Origin: Bacilli bacterium
GTDB taxonomy: Bacteria; Bacillota_I; Bacilli_A; RFN20; UBA1709
Length of the DNA: 59,460 nucleotides
Direction: 5' to 3'
NCBI GenBank assembly: GCA_045600465.1
Contig: JAZRXY010000005.1
Location: 1 to 59,460 of the forward strand
The number at the start of each line of letters is the position of its first letter. Positions within the stretch are counted from its first letter, which is position 1. The notes under the pieces are model-generated. The model was not told the origin of the DNA. It made no database searches and saw only the letters and a list, made by a program, of their open reading frames with translations. A program made the translations under genes and the position numbers. Below, in pieces: positions 48,539-58,000 of this stretch.

Positions 48539-48567
48539 AAAAAACCACTGGGGCAATCCCTGTGGTT
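48539..48567 (-). terminator. Intrinsic terminator between rpmH and rnpA
   Basis: Minus strand AACCACAGGG-ATTGC-CCCAGTGGTT followed by T-tract. Confidence 0.65.
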
Positions 48568-48569
48568 AA

Positions 48570-48704
48570 TTAAGCAGATAATTGTTTTCTGCCTTTCTTA
48601 CGTCTTCTTGCTAAAACTTTACGGCCACCAACTGTAGCCATTCTAGCACGGAAACCAGCAACTGCAGCATGTTTACGTTTGCTTGGTTGATAAGTTCTCT
48701 TCAT
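48570..48704 (-). CDS. rpmH: 50S ribosomal protein L34 (44 aa, absent from ORF track)
   Basis: Hand translation [44 protein letters not shown]; GGAGGT RBS. Confidence 0.98.
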   Translation of the reverse strand: MKRTYQPSKRKHAAVAGFRARMATVGGRKVLARRRKKGRKQLSA

Positions 48705-48839
48705 AATAACACCTCCACGAATATAGATTAATACGCAAGATTGATTATAAGACTTAACTAAGTTTATGTCAATAAAATATATTATTTATAATAATATGTT
48801 TTCTTTTTATTTTTTGTGAATTTTACCTTTTTTAAATTT

Positions 48840-49045
48840 TGGGGATAAATTGCTTTTTTATTGAAAAAACTAATAAAAATCATGTGGATATCTTTGTGGA
48901 TAACTAGGTGATTTTACCATGTTTTCCACACTAAAAATATTTTTTATTCACTTTTCAACAAATTATCCCCAAACAAACTTTGTGGATAAGTGGACAGAAC
49001 ACGACAAAACCCTAGAATTTACCTATAAATATTATGTGTGGATAA
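48840..49045. promoter_or_regulatory. oriC, DnaA-box cluster upstream of dnaA
   Basis: Perfect TGTGGATAA at 48895, 48981, 49037; one-mismatch boxes at 48840, 48883, 48922, 48963. Confidence 0.92.
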
Positions 49046-49135
49046 GTGGTGGAAAACGAAAATTAGATAAAATTTATGTAGATTTTATATAGTATATATA
49101 ATATAATTGTCTCAACAAGTTAGGAGAGAGTTTGT

Positions 49136-50500
49136 ATGGTTCTAGATACTTCAACGTTTGCAAGTATTTGGGATACTGTTCTATCGAGGATTGAGAGAGA
49201 AATCAACGATAGAGTTATTTATAATGCTTATTTTGAATCTTCTTATATAAAAAGCATTGAAAATAATAAGTTCATTGTGGTCGCACCATCTAGGTTTGCT
49301 GCTGTAATGATTAATTCCAAGTATTACACAATGATTAAAGAATTCTTGTCTGATGTTACTCAGACTAATTTTGACATACAAATAATAGATGAAGCTACAG
49401 CAAACAGCTTTAATGAAAACCTACACATGCAAGGCTTAGAAAATAAAGAAAAGCCTTTTGAAAGCAATTTAAATCCAAAATTTAATTTTGAATCTTTTGT
49501 TGTAGGTCCTTCAAATAGAGAGTGTTATACTGCAGCCCTTTCAACTGCCATGAATCCCGGCAATTTCTTTAACCCATTATTTATTTTTGGTAAATCAGGA
49601 TTAGGAAAAACTCACCTACTTCACGCTATAGGTAACTATGTTAAAGACAAAAACCCTGGCGCTAAAATTTTATATTTAACAACCGAAGATTTCTTAATTA
49701 ATTATATTAAAGCTATTAAAGAAAAATCTTGGGAAGTTTTAAGAGATAAATATAAAGAAGTTGATGTCTTTTTATTGGATGATGTTCAATTCTTATCTAA
49801 AAAAGATAAAACAAAGGAAGCTTTCTTCCATATCTTTAATATGTTAATTAATGATAATAAACAAATCGTTTTAACAGCAGATAGACCTCCAGAAGAATTG
49901 AAAGATCTAGAAGCTAGACTTGTTGGTCGCTTCTCTAGTGGTTTAAGTATTGAGATTCAAGCTCTTGAATATGAAACTGCTTTAAAAATCTTAAAAAAGA
50001 AAGTTGAAAATGCAAATATCAACGATGGAAAGATTGATGATGATGTTTTAGAGTTTGTTGCTAAAAACTATTCTAGTGACGTAAGACAACTTGAAGGAGC
50101 TTTAAATAAATTATTATTCTTTGCAATTACATATAATGAAAAAGAAGAAATTGATATGAACGTTGCAATGTCTGCATTTAAACCAAGTTTAGTTAGAGAA
50201 GATATAAATCCTGTTACAATTGAAAAGATTAAATACACTGTTGCAGAATTTTATAATATTTCAGTTTCACAACTAACTTCTAAGATTAGACAAAATAATT
50301 TAGTCATCCCTAGACATGTTGCAATGTATCTATGTAAAGTTATGTTAGATCCTACCTGGGCTCAAATAGGAATGGAGTTTGGTGGAAAAGATCATACAAC
50401 TGTTATTAACGCATACAATAAAGTGGATAAAATAATGAAAAAAGATCCAGGATTTATTGATGTAATTAATAAGTTAAAAAATATAATTTCTGGTAAATAA
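49136..50500 (+). CDS. dnaA: Chromosomal replication initiator DnaA
   Basis: NPLFIFGKSGLGKTHL, LLDDVQF, TADRPP, FGGKDHTTV. Confidence 0.99.
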   Translation: MVLDTSTFASIWDTVLSRIEREINDRVIYNAYFESSYIKSIENNKFIVVAPSRFAAVMINSKYYTMIKEFLSDVTQTNFDIQIIDEATANSFNENLHMQGLENKEKPFESNLNPKFNFESFVVGPSNRECYTAALSTAMNPGNFFNPLFIFGKSGLGKTHLLHAIGNYVKDKNPGAKILYLTTEDFLINYIKAIKEKSWEVLRDKYKEVDVFLLDDVQFLSKKDKTKEAFFHIFNMLINDNKQIVLTADRPPEELKDLEARLVGRFSSGLSIEIQALEYETALKILKKKVENANINDGKIDDDVLEFVAKNYSSDVRQLEGALNKLLFFAITYNEKEEIDMNVAMSAFKPSLVREDINPVTIEKIKYTVAEFYNISVSQLTSKIRQNNLVIPRHVAMYLCKVMLDPTWAQIGMEFGGKDHTTVINAYNKVDKIMKKDPGFIDVINKLKNIISGK

Positions 50501-50553
50501 TAAACATATAATGTTTATCTTAAAGTATTTTTATGTTATAATATATTTGTGAG

Positions 50554-50625
50554 TTATCCACAAAAATAACAAAATTCACACACTATATTACTATAAATAT
50601 TAGCTAATTATTTAATTAATAAAAA
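50554..50625. promoter_or_regulatory. oriC unwinding region (DnaA box, DnaA-trio-like tract, AT-rich DUE)
   Basis: TTATCCACA at 50554-50562, degenerate box AAATTCACA, CACTATATTACTAT at 50581-50594, then near-pure AT tract. Confidence 0.8.
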
Positions 50626-50651
50626 ATAAAAAAAGAAAGAAGGAATAAAAT

Positions 50652-51770
50652 ATGAAATTTGTTATCTCTAAAAATTATTTACTTAACGCTTTAAATACTA
50701 CCCTTAGAGCAATTTCGCCAAGAAATCCAAATCCAATTTTAACTGGAATTAAATTTGAGTTAAATCAAAATGGATTATTTCTAACAGGTAGTGATTCAGA
50801 TATTTCAATTCTTACAAAAATACCTTTAACAATTAATAGTGAAGTTGTTATTAATCCAAGTGAAGATGGTGTTGTTGTTTTATCTTCTAAGTTTGTTGGA
50901 GAAATTGTTAGAAAACTTGAAGGTGATAATGTTGAAATTGAAACTTTTGATAACATTGCAATGATTAGAGATAATATTTCAGAATTTAAATTAAACTGCA
51001 TGAATGCAGAAGAATATCCTCCGCTAGATTTAGGTGAAGCTGGTGTAGGCTTCTCAATTGAAGCTGATTTGATTAAACAAATTGTTGATCAAGTTGGTTT
51101 TGCAGCTTCAACACAAGAAAACAGACCAATGCTAACAGGTGTTAATTTTAATTCAGATGGATCAAGCCTTATTTGTGTTGCAACAGATTCATTTAGATTA
51201 GCTAGAAAAACAATTTCAATTAATACAAAAGAACCATTTAATGTAACAATTCCTGCAAAAACATTAATGGAAATTGGTAGAAGTTTAGAAAATGAAAAGA
51301 ATGTTGAAGTAAACATTTCTGATAAGAGAGTTTGTTTTAAAATGGCAAGAACAATTATTATTTCAAGAGTTATTTCAGGAACATATCCAGATACATCAAA
51401 AATAATTCCAACACAATATATTTATGAACTTGCGACATTATCACAAGGATTATGTAACGCAATTGATAGAGCATCATTACTTGCAGTTGAAAGAATTAAT
51501 ATTGTCCAATTATCAATGAGTAATGAAAAAATATCAATTAGTTCAAAAAGCCAAGAAATTGGATCAGTTGTTGAAAAACTTCAATCATATCAATTTAATG
51601 GTGAGCCTTTATCAATTTCCTTCTCAGCAAAATATGCATTAGAAGCAATTAAAGCTGTCGGAAGTAATGAAATTATTATCAAATTTAATGGCGACATGAA
51701 ACCATTTGTTATTATAAACAAAGAAGACCCAACACTAGTTCAATTAATATTACCAGTCAGAACCTATTAA
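50652..51770 (+). CDS. dnaN: DNA polymerase III beta clamp
   Basis: PILTGIKF, GSDSDISI, ATDSFRLA, GTYPDTSK, QLILPVR. Confidence 0.98.
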   Translation: MKFVISKNYLLNALNTTLRAISPRNPNPILTGIKFELNQNGLFLTGSDSDISILTKIPLTINSEVVINPSEDGVVVLSSKFVGEIVRKLEGDNVEIETFDNIAMIRDNISEFKLNCMNAEEYPPLDLGEAGVGFSIEADLIKQIVDQVGFAASTQENRPMLTGVNFNSDGSSLICVATDSFRLARKTISINTKEPFNVTIPAKTLMEIGRSLENEKNVEVNISDKRVCFKMARTIIISRVISGTYPDTSKIIPTQYIYELATLSQGLCNAIDRASLLAVERINIVQLSMSNEKISISSKSQEIGSVVEKLQSYQFNGEPLSISFSAKYALEAIKAVGSNEIIIKFNGDMKPFVIINKEDPTLVQLILPVRTY

Positions 51771-51793
51771 ATCGGCTTATAACAAAATAAAAT

Positions 51794-51829
51794 AACCTCG
51801 GTTGATGAAATATTCATTTCGAGGTTTTT
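51794..51829 (+). terminator. Terminator after dnaN
   Basis: AACCTCG ... CGAGGTT followed by T-tract. Confidence 0.55.
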
Positions 51830-51937
51830 GTTTGTAGAAAGGTAAAAAAAGGGCTAAAAAAGCAAATAAAACTTGATAAAAAAACAACACCTATGGTAGA
51901 ATATATTTATAATATATTCTAAATGGGGTGTTGTAAA

Positions 51938-52156
51938 ATGCAAGTCATAAAAATAAAAACAGAGTATATTAAGTTGGGTCAATTATTAAAATTTGCCGAC
52001 GTCATTTCTAATGGTGGTCAAGAAAAAGAATTTATCGCCAATCACAAAATTAAAGTTAATGATGTGGATGAAAATAGACGCGGGAGAAAACTCTATCCAG
52101 GAGATGAAGTTAGAATTGATTCAATCTTAGTTAAGGTTTCAAAAGATGAAGATTAA
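51938..52156 (+). CDS. yaaA: S4-domain RNA-binding protein YaaA
   Basis: EYIKLGQLLK..SNGG..K, ENRRGRKLYPGD; start reassigned to ATG 51938. Confidence 0.92.
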   Translation: MQVIKIKTEYIKLGQLLKFADVISNGGQEKEFIANHKIKVNDVDENRRGRKLYPGDEVRIDSILVKVSKDED

Positions 52157-53237
52157 TAATATCAAACTTCTTAATTTTAGAAATTATGAAAATTTAAATT
52201 TAGATGTAAAATCTCCTTCTAGTCTTCTACTTGGAAGTAACGGACAAGGTAAAACAAATTTATTAGAAGCAATTAAGTTTGTTTCAGTTCTTAAATCCTT
52301 TAGAGAAGATGAAAGAATAAATTTGATTAAATTAGGAAAAGAAAGTGCCGCAATCTTGATTGAAGAAGAAAATTTAATTGGGAAAAAGAAATTGAAATGT
52401 GTTTTAAATGGAAACAAACTCGATTTATTTATAAACGACAAACACATCAAATCCCACAATGATTTTATTGGACAATTAAATGTTGTTAGTTTTACGCCAA
52501 GGGATGTTTTTTTATTTAAAGATTCTAGAGCAACAAGACGCTATTTTATTGATGAAGAACTTTCTAAACTATCTCCTGCCTATTCCTTGGCAGTTAAAGA
52601 TTTTTCAAAAGTTCTAAAAGAAAGAAACGAATTATTAAAAAAAGAAACACTAGACGAAACCCTTCTAGAAGTGTTAACGAAAAGACTTGCAAAACTAAAT
52701 AGAGAAATAAGCGTTAGAAGAAATGCGTTTATAAATGAGTTAAACAAAGATTTATCAAACAAGTTTTCTTCAATAACAGGAGAAGAAAGAAAACTTAATC
52801 TAGAGTATCGCACTAGCTTATTAAATCTAAGCGAAAATGAAATTTTTGAAAAAACAATGGAATATCTTAATGAAGATAAAAGAAGAGAATCCACTCATAT
52901 CGGAATTCACCATGATGACATAATGGCTTATATCGATGATAAAGACGTTTCAATCTTTGCATCTCAAGGACAACAAAGAGCGGTTGTTATTACATTGAAG
53001 TTGGTTTTAATCGAAAACATTAAAAAATCTATCGGAGAAGAACCAATCGTATTATTAGATGATGTCTTTTCCGAATTAGACATAAAGCATCAAAAAAACT
53101 TATTGAATTATTTAAAAAACAAAAATCAGTTATTTATTTCTATCGCTTCAATTGATGAAGAGATAAAAAAAGATATCGCCAAAGATTCAGATATCTTGAA
53201 AGTGATAAATGGTCAAATACAAAGGGAGGTTAATTAA
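52146..53237 (+). CDS. recF: DNA replication/repair protein RecF
   Basis: NFRNY, GSNGQGKTNLLEAI, SQGQQR, LLDDVFSELD. Confidence 0.97.
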   Translation: MKINNIKLLNFRNYENLNLDVKSPSSLLLGSNGQGKTNLLEAIKFVSVLKSFREDERINLIKLGKESAAILIEEENLIGKKKLKCVLNGNKLDLFINDKHIKSHNDFIGQLNVVSFTPRDVFLFKDSRATRRYFIDEELSKLSPAYSLAVKDFSKVLKERNELLKKETLDETLLEVLTKRLAKLNREISVRRNAFINELNKDLSNKFSSITGEERKLNLEYRTSLLNLSENEIFEKTMEYLNEDKRRESTHIGIHHDDIMAYIDDKDVSIFASQGQQRAVVITLKLVLIENIKKSIGEEPIVLLDDVFSELDIKHQKNLLNYLKNKNQLFISIASIDEEIKKDIAKDSDILKVINGQIQREVN

Positions 53238-53239
53238 AG

Positions 53240-55168
53240 ATGGAAGAATTAGAAAAAAGAAATCGAGAAGTTGAATATACCGAAAAAGATATTCAGGTTC
53301 TTGAAGGATTAGAAGCAGTTAGAGTTCGTCCAGGAATGTATATTGGATCAACTTCTGCAGTTGGATTACACCACTTAGTTTGGGAAATTGTTGATAACGC
53401 AATCGATGAAGTTCATGATGGTGGTTGTGATCATATTATTGTTACACTTTTTGAAGACGATTCAGTACAAGTTGAAGATAATGGTAGAGGAATTCCTACA
53501 GGTATTAATGAAAAATCAGGAATTTCTACACTTGAAACGGTTTTCACAGTTTTACACGCAGGTGGTAAATTTGGTGGAAATGGTGGATATAAAGCAGCTG
53601 GAGGGTTACATGGCGTTGGAGCATCTGTAGTTAACGCACTAAGCATTAAGTATGAAGCATGGGATAAGCATGCAGGAAAAGAATATTACTTTGCTTGTGA
53701 AAATGGCGGCCAAATTAGTCAACACATCAAAGAAATAGGGCCTGCAACAACTACAGGTACAACAGTTAAATTCAAACCAGACCCAACTATCTTTAAAGAA
53801 ACAACCCACTTCGAATATACAATCGTAAGAGATAGAATTAGACAACTTGCTTTCTTAAATAAAGGATTAAAAATAACTTTAATTGATAAAAGAGATAACA
53901 CAACTGAAGAGTTCTGTTACGAAGGTGGTTTAAGAGAATATATTGCTTTCTTAAATAACACCAAAGAAAAAGTTCACGAAGGAGTAATTTATGTTGAAGG
54001 AGCGGAAAACAACATTGAAGTTGAAATTGCTGCTCAATACAACACAACTTACAACTCAACAATTTATTCTTATTGCAACAATATCAACACTCCTAATGGA
54101 GGAACTCATGAAGAAGGATTTAACCTTGCTTTCTCAAAGATTATTAATAAATATGCTAGAGAAAAGAAATTATTAAAAGATAACGAAGACCCTTTAACAA
54201 AAGAAGATATTAGAGAAGGTTTAACAGCGGTTATTTCTGTAAAGCATGAAAACCCAGAATATGAAGGTCAAACAAAAGGCAAGTTAGGAAATAGCGACAT
54301 TAGACCGGTTGTTAATAAAATTCTAAGCGAACAACTAGAAACATTCCTTCTAGAAAATCCAAAAGAAGCTCAAGCAATTCTTAACAAAATTGTCTTAGCA
54401 TCTAAGGCAAGAATTAGTGCAAGAAAAGCAAGAGAAGCAACCAGAAAATCTGCTCTAGGGTTTACATCACTTCCTGGAAAATTAGCAGATTGTTCTAGAA
54501 AAGATCCAACTAGAAGCGAAATCTTTATTGTTGAGGGTGACTCTGCTGGAGGGAGTGCTAAAGAAGGTAGAAACAGAGAGTTCCAAGCAATTTTACCTCT
54601 TAGAGGTAAAATTCTAAACGTTCAAAAAGCAAGTGAAAATAAAATTTTTGATAACGCAGAAATCAACACAATGATTACCGCTTTTGGAACAAGTGTTGGT
54701 TCAGAATTCGATATTGAAAAACTAAGATATCACAAGATCATTATCATGACCGATGCTGATGTTGATGGCGCTCATATCGCAGTTCTATTATTAACATTCT
54801 TCTATAAATTTATGAGACCTTTAATTGAAGGCGGTTATGTCTATATTGCTCAACCACCTCTATACAAGGCAGTTCAAGGCAAACAAACTAGATATGCTTA
54901 TAGCGAAGAAGAAATGATGCAAATCCATAAAGAATGGGATCCTAACGGCAAAATTAATTTACAACGTTATAAAGGCCTTGGTGAAATGGATAAAGAACAA
55001 CTTTGGGAAACAACAATGGACCCAGAGACAAGAGTATTAAAACAAGTTAAAGTTGAAGATATTATTGAAGCAGACGGCGTATTTGAAATGTTAATGGGCG
55101 ATGAAGTAGAACCAAGAAAAGAATTCATCGTATCAAACGCAAAGTTTGCTACAAATATTGACTTCTAG
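53240..55168 (+). CDS. gyrB: DNA gyrase subunit B
   Basis: RPGMYIG, EIVDNAIDE, GGLHGVG, EGDSAGG, PLRGK, RYKGLGEM. Confidence 0.98.
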   Translation: MEELEKRNREVEYTEKDIQVLEGLEAVRVRPGMYIGSTSAVGLHHLVWEIVDNAIDEVHDGGCDHIIVTLFEDDSVQVEDNGRGIPTGINEKSGISTLETVFTVLHAGGKFGGNGGYKAAGGLHGVGASVVNALSIKYEAWDKHAGKEYYFACENGGQISQHIKEIGPATTTGTTVKFKPDPTIFKETTHFEYTIVRDRIRQLAFLNKGLKITLIDKRDNTTEEFCYEGGLREYIAFLNNTKEKVHEGVIYVEGAENNIEVEIAAQYNTTYNSTIYSYCNNINTPNGGTHEEGFNLAFSKIINKYAREKKLLKDNEDPLTKEDIREGLTAVISVKHENPEYEGQTKGKLGNSDIRPVVNKILSEQLETFLLENPKEAQAILNKIVLASKARISARKAREATRKSALGFTSLPGKLADCSRKDPTRSEIFIVEGDSAGGSAKEGRNREFQAILPLRGKILNVQKASENKIFDNAEINTMITAFGTSVGSEFDIEKLRYHKIIIMTDADVDGAHIAVLLLTFFYKFMRPLIEGGYVYIAQPPLYKAVQGKQTRYAYSEEEMMQIHKEWDPNGKINLQRYKGLGEMDKEQLWETTMDPETRVLKQVKVEDIIEADGVFEMLMGDEVEPRKEFIVSNAKFATNIDF

Positions 55169-55185
55169 GAAAGGAGGAACTCGAA

Positions 55186-57702
55186 ATGACAGATTATAAA
55201 GATAGAACAGAATTTAAATCAGATGACGATATTGATCGCACCGAACCCGTTGATCTTTCTAAAGAAGTTAAAGGCTCCTTCCTAGCTTATGCAATGTCAG
55301 TTCTAGTTGCTAGAGCTCTTCCAGATGTAAGAGACGGATTAAAACCAGTTCATAGAAGAATTATCTATGGAATGAACGATCAAGACTTTACTTACAAAAA
55401 CCCACACAAAAAATCAGCAAAAATTGTTGGTGATGTTATGGGAAAATATCACCCACATGGTGACTCATCAATTTACGGCGCATTAGTAAGACTTGCCCAA
55501 CCATTCAACACCCGTTATTTACTTGTTGATGGACACGGAAACTTTGGTAGTATTGATGGTGATGGCGCAGCAGCTATGCGTTATACAGAAGCAAGACTTT
55601 CAAAGATTGCAAACGAACTTGTTAGAGATATCAAGAAAGATACAGTTAATTTTATTCCAACATATGATGGAGAAGACCAAGAACCTGAAGTATTACCTTC
55701 AAGAATTCCTAACCTTCTTATCAACGGTAGTGACGGAATTGCTGTTGGTATGGCAACAAAAGTTCCACCACACAATCTAGGCGAAGTTATTGATGGAACG
55801 CTAGCATTAATTGAAAATCCAGAACTAACAACAACAGAATTAATGCAATATATTCCTGGGCCAGACTTCCCTACAGGCGGAACAATTTTAGGAAAAACAG
55901 GAATCAAAAATGCCTACGAAACAGGAAGAGGATCAATTGTTATTCGTTCTAAATATGAAATCGAAGAAACAGAAAGCGGAAAACCTAGAATCGTCGTTTA
56001 TGAAATCCCATATGGCGTTAACAAAGCGGAAATGATTGAAAGAATTGCAAGCTTAGTTAAAGATAAAATTGTTGATGGAATTACAGATCTAAGGGATGAA
56101 ACAAACAAAGAAGGTATTCGTGTTGTTATCGAACTTAGAAAAGATGTAGTTCCTGAAGTTATTCTTAACCAACTATTTAAATATTCACAATTACAAACTA
56201 GCTTTGGTGCAAATCTTGTAGCGCTTGTTGATAACACCCCAATGGTTTTATCTTTAAAAGAAATTTTACAATGTTACATCAATCACCAAATCGATGTTAT
56301 TACAAGACGTTCAAAATTTGATTTAGATAAAGCTGCAGACAGACTTCACATTTTAGAAGGTTTAAGTATCGCAGCAAGAGATATCGATAAGATTATCGAA
56401 ACAATCAAAACATCTAAAACAAACGAATTAGCGCAACAAAACTTAATGGAAAAATTCCAATTAAGTGAAAGACAAGCTAAAGCAGTTCTTGAAATGCAAT
56501 TACAAAGATTAACGGGAATTCAACAAGAAAAGCTACAACTCGAAATTAATGATATTCATAAAAACGTTGAGGAATTAAACAAGATTCTTTCAGACCGCGG
56601 AGAATTAATGAATTTAATCAAGAGAGATTTACAAGAAATAAAAGACAAATATGGTGACGAAAGAAGAACAGACTTCTCGGATGATTCTTCAACAATCGAA
56701 GACGAAGAATTAATTCCAAAGGAAGACATTATTATCACATTAACTCATAACGGTTATGTAAAACGAGTAAATGTTGACACATATCGTTCACAAAATAGAG
56801 GCGGAAAAGGAATTAAAGGTATCACAACAGCTGATAACGACGTTGTTGAAAATATGTTAGTAACAACCACACACACCGATATCTTATTCTTCACAAACCT
56901 TGGAAAAGTCTATAGATTAAGAGGTTATCAAATCCCTGAATATTCTAGACAAGGAAAAGGGCTTCCAATTGTAAACAAATTAGCTTTGGAAGATAACGAA
57001 AAAGTAAGAGCAGTTATCGACGCTGATGAATATGGAGACAACCATAATTTAATCTTTATTACAAAACAAGGCGTAGTAAAACGTGTTAATATCGCAGAGT
57101 TTGAAAACATCAGACAATCAGGCAAAATTGCGCTATCTTTACGTGAAGGCGACGAACTATTTGATGTTAAACACACGTCGGGTAACGATGAAATCTATAT
57201 TGCAGCTTCAACAGGAAAATGCGTAAGATTCAACGAACAAGACGTAAGAATCATGGGCAGAAACGCTGCTGGCGTTATGGGTATTGATATTGCTGAAGGT
57301 ACTAATGTTGTTGGCGCAACAACTTCAAAAGAAGGAAACTTAATCCTTGCAGTCACAACAAAAGGATACGGCAAGATGTCAGACCGTGAAGATTATCGTT
57401 TAACAAAACGTGGCGGAAAAGGCGTTGTTACAGTAAACGTTACTGAAAAGAACGGAAACCTTGTTGCTTTAAGAGCGGTTAACGGAAACGAAGATCTATT
57501 AATAACAACAACAAAAGGAACAGTCATTAGACTTCCATTAAGCCAAGTTAAGATTGCGGGTAGAAACACACAAGGGGTTAGAATTATTAACCTTGATGAA
57601 AAGCACGAAATTGCTTCAATCGCAGTTACTGAACACGAAGAAGAGATTGTTGAAGAAGAAAATAGCAAAGCCGCTATAGAAACTAACGAAAATCAAAATT
57701 AG
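55186..57702 (+). CDS. gyrA: DNA gyrase subunit A
   Basis: RDGLKPVHRR, HPHGDS, AAMRYTE, GyrA-box-like QNRGGKG, beta-pinwheel repeats. Confidence 0.98.
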   Translation: MTDYKDRTEFKSDDDIDRTEPVDLSKEVKGSFLAYAMSVLVARALPDVRDGLKPVHRRIIYGMNDQDFTYKNPHKKSAKIVGDVMGKYHPHGDSSIYGALVRLAQPFNTRYLLVDGHGNFGSIDGDGAAAMRYTEARLSKIANELVRDIKKDTVNFIPTYDGEDQEPEVLPSRIPNLLINGSDGIAVGMATKVPPHNLGEVIDGTLALIENPELTTTELMQYIPGPDFPTGGTILGKTGIKNAYETGRGSIVIRSKYEIEETESGKPRIVVYEIPYGVNKAEMIERIASLVKDKIVDGITDLRDETNKEGIRVVIELRKDVVPEVILNQLFKYSQLQTSFGANLVALVDNTPMVLSLKEILQCYINHQIDVITRRSKFDLDKAADRLHILEGLSIAARDIDKIIETIKTSKTNELAQQNLMEKFQLSERQAKAVLEMQLQRLTGIQQEKLQLEINDIHKNVEELNKILSDRGELMNLIKRDLQEIKDKYGDERRTDFSDDSSTIEDEELIPKEDIIITLTHNGYVKRVNVDTYRSQNRGGKGIKGITTADNDVVENMLVTTTHTDILFFTNLGKVYRLRGYQIPEYSRQGKGLPIVNKLALEDNEKVRAVIDADEYGDNHNLIFITKQGVVKRVNIAEFENIRQSGKIALSLREGDELFDVKHTSGNDEIYIAASTGKCVRFNEQDVRIMGRNAAGVMGIDIAEGTNVVGATTSKEGNLILAVTTKGYGKMSDREDYRLTKRGGKGVVTVNVTEKNGNLVALRAVNGNEDLLITTTKGTVIRLPLSQVKIAGRNTQGVRIINLDEKHEIASIAVTEHEEEIVEEENSKAAIETNENQN

Positions 57703-57709
57703 AAAAGCT

Positions 57710-57730
57710 GGGTTCGAAAGAGCCCTTTTT
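57710..57730 (+). terminator. Intrinsic terminator after gyrA
   Basis: GGGTTC-GAAA-GAGCCC followed by TTTTT. Confidence 0.75.
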
Positions 57731-57731
57731 C

Positions 57732-57759
57732 TTGCAAGAAAACAAACTTGTGCTATAAT
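57732..57759 (+). promoter_or_regulatory. SigA-type promoter of serS leader
   Basis: TTGCAA-16 nt-TATAAT with extended -10 TGC-TATAAT. Confidence 0.7.
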
Positions 57760-57769
57760 TAAATACGTA

Positions 57770-57985
57770 AAACGAAGAACAAGAAAAGTAGTTAAAAAAT
57801 TAAGTCGTAGAGATTTGTTGGCTGGTGAAAAACAAAACTTAAAATTAACGAATCCACTTGTGAGTGAGACTAATAATCTTCGGGTGTGCCCGTTATAGCT
57901 AAAACGAGGTAATTGTTTCACGTGAAACATTACGAACAAGGGTGGCACCACGAGCAAATCGTCCCTAAAACAGGGGCCTTTTTTA
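57770..57985 (+). promoter_or_regulatory. T-box riboswitch (Ser, specifier UCC) upstream of serS
   Basis: AGAGA and GCTGGTGAAA stem I motifs, GAA-TCC specifier loop (TCC at 57853-57855), T-box AAGGGTGGCACCACG at 57938-57952, terminator with T-tract. Confidence 0.93.
57914..57929. promoter_or_regulatory. parS: parS centromere site
   Basis: Perfect consensus palindrome TGTTTCACGTGAAACA, ~7 kb from oriC, parAB present in window. Confidence 0.92.
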
Positions 57986-58000
57986 TTGGGAGGAATTAAT

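Noticed and set aside
57710-57725. GGTTCGAA resembling a tRNA T-loop
   Set aside because: It is the GAAA-capped terminator stem after gyrA; no cloverleaf. No tRNA or rRNA genes were found in the window.
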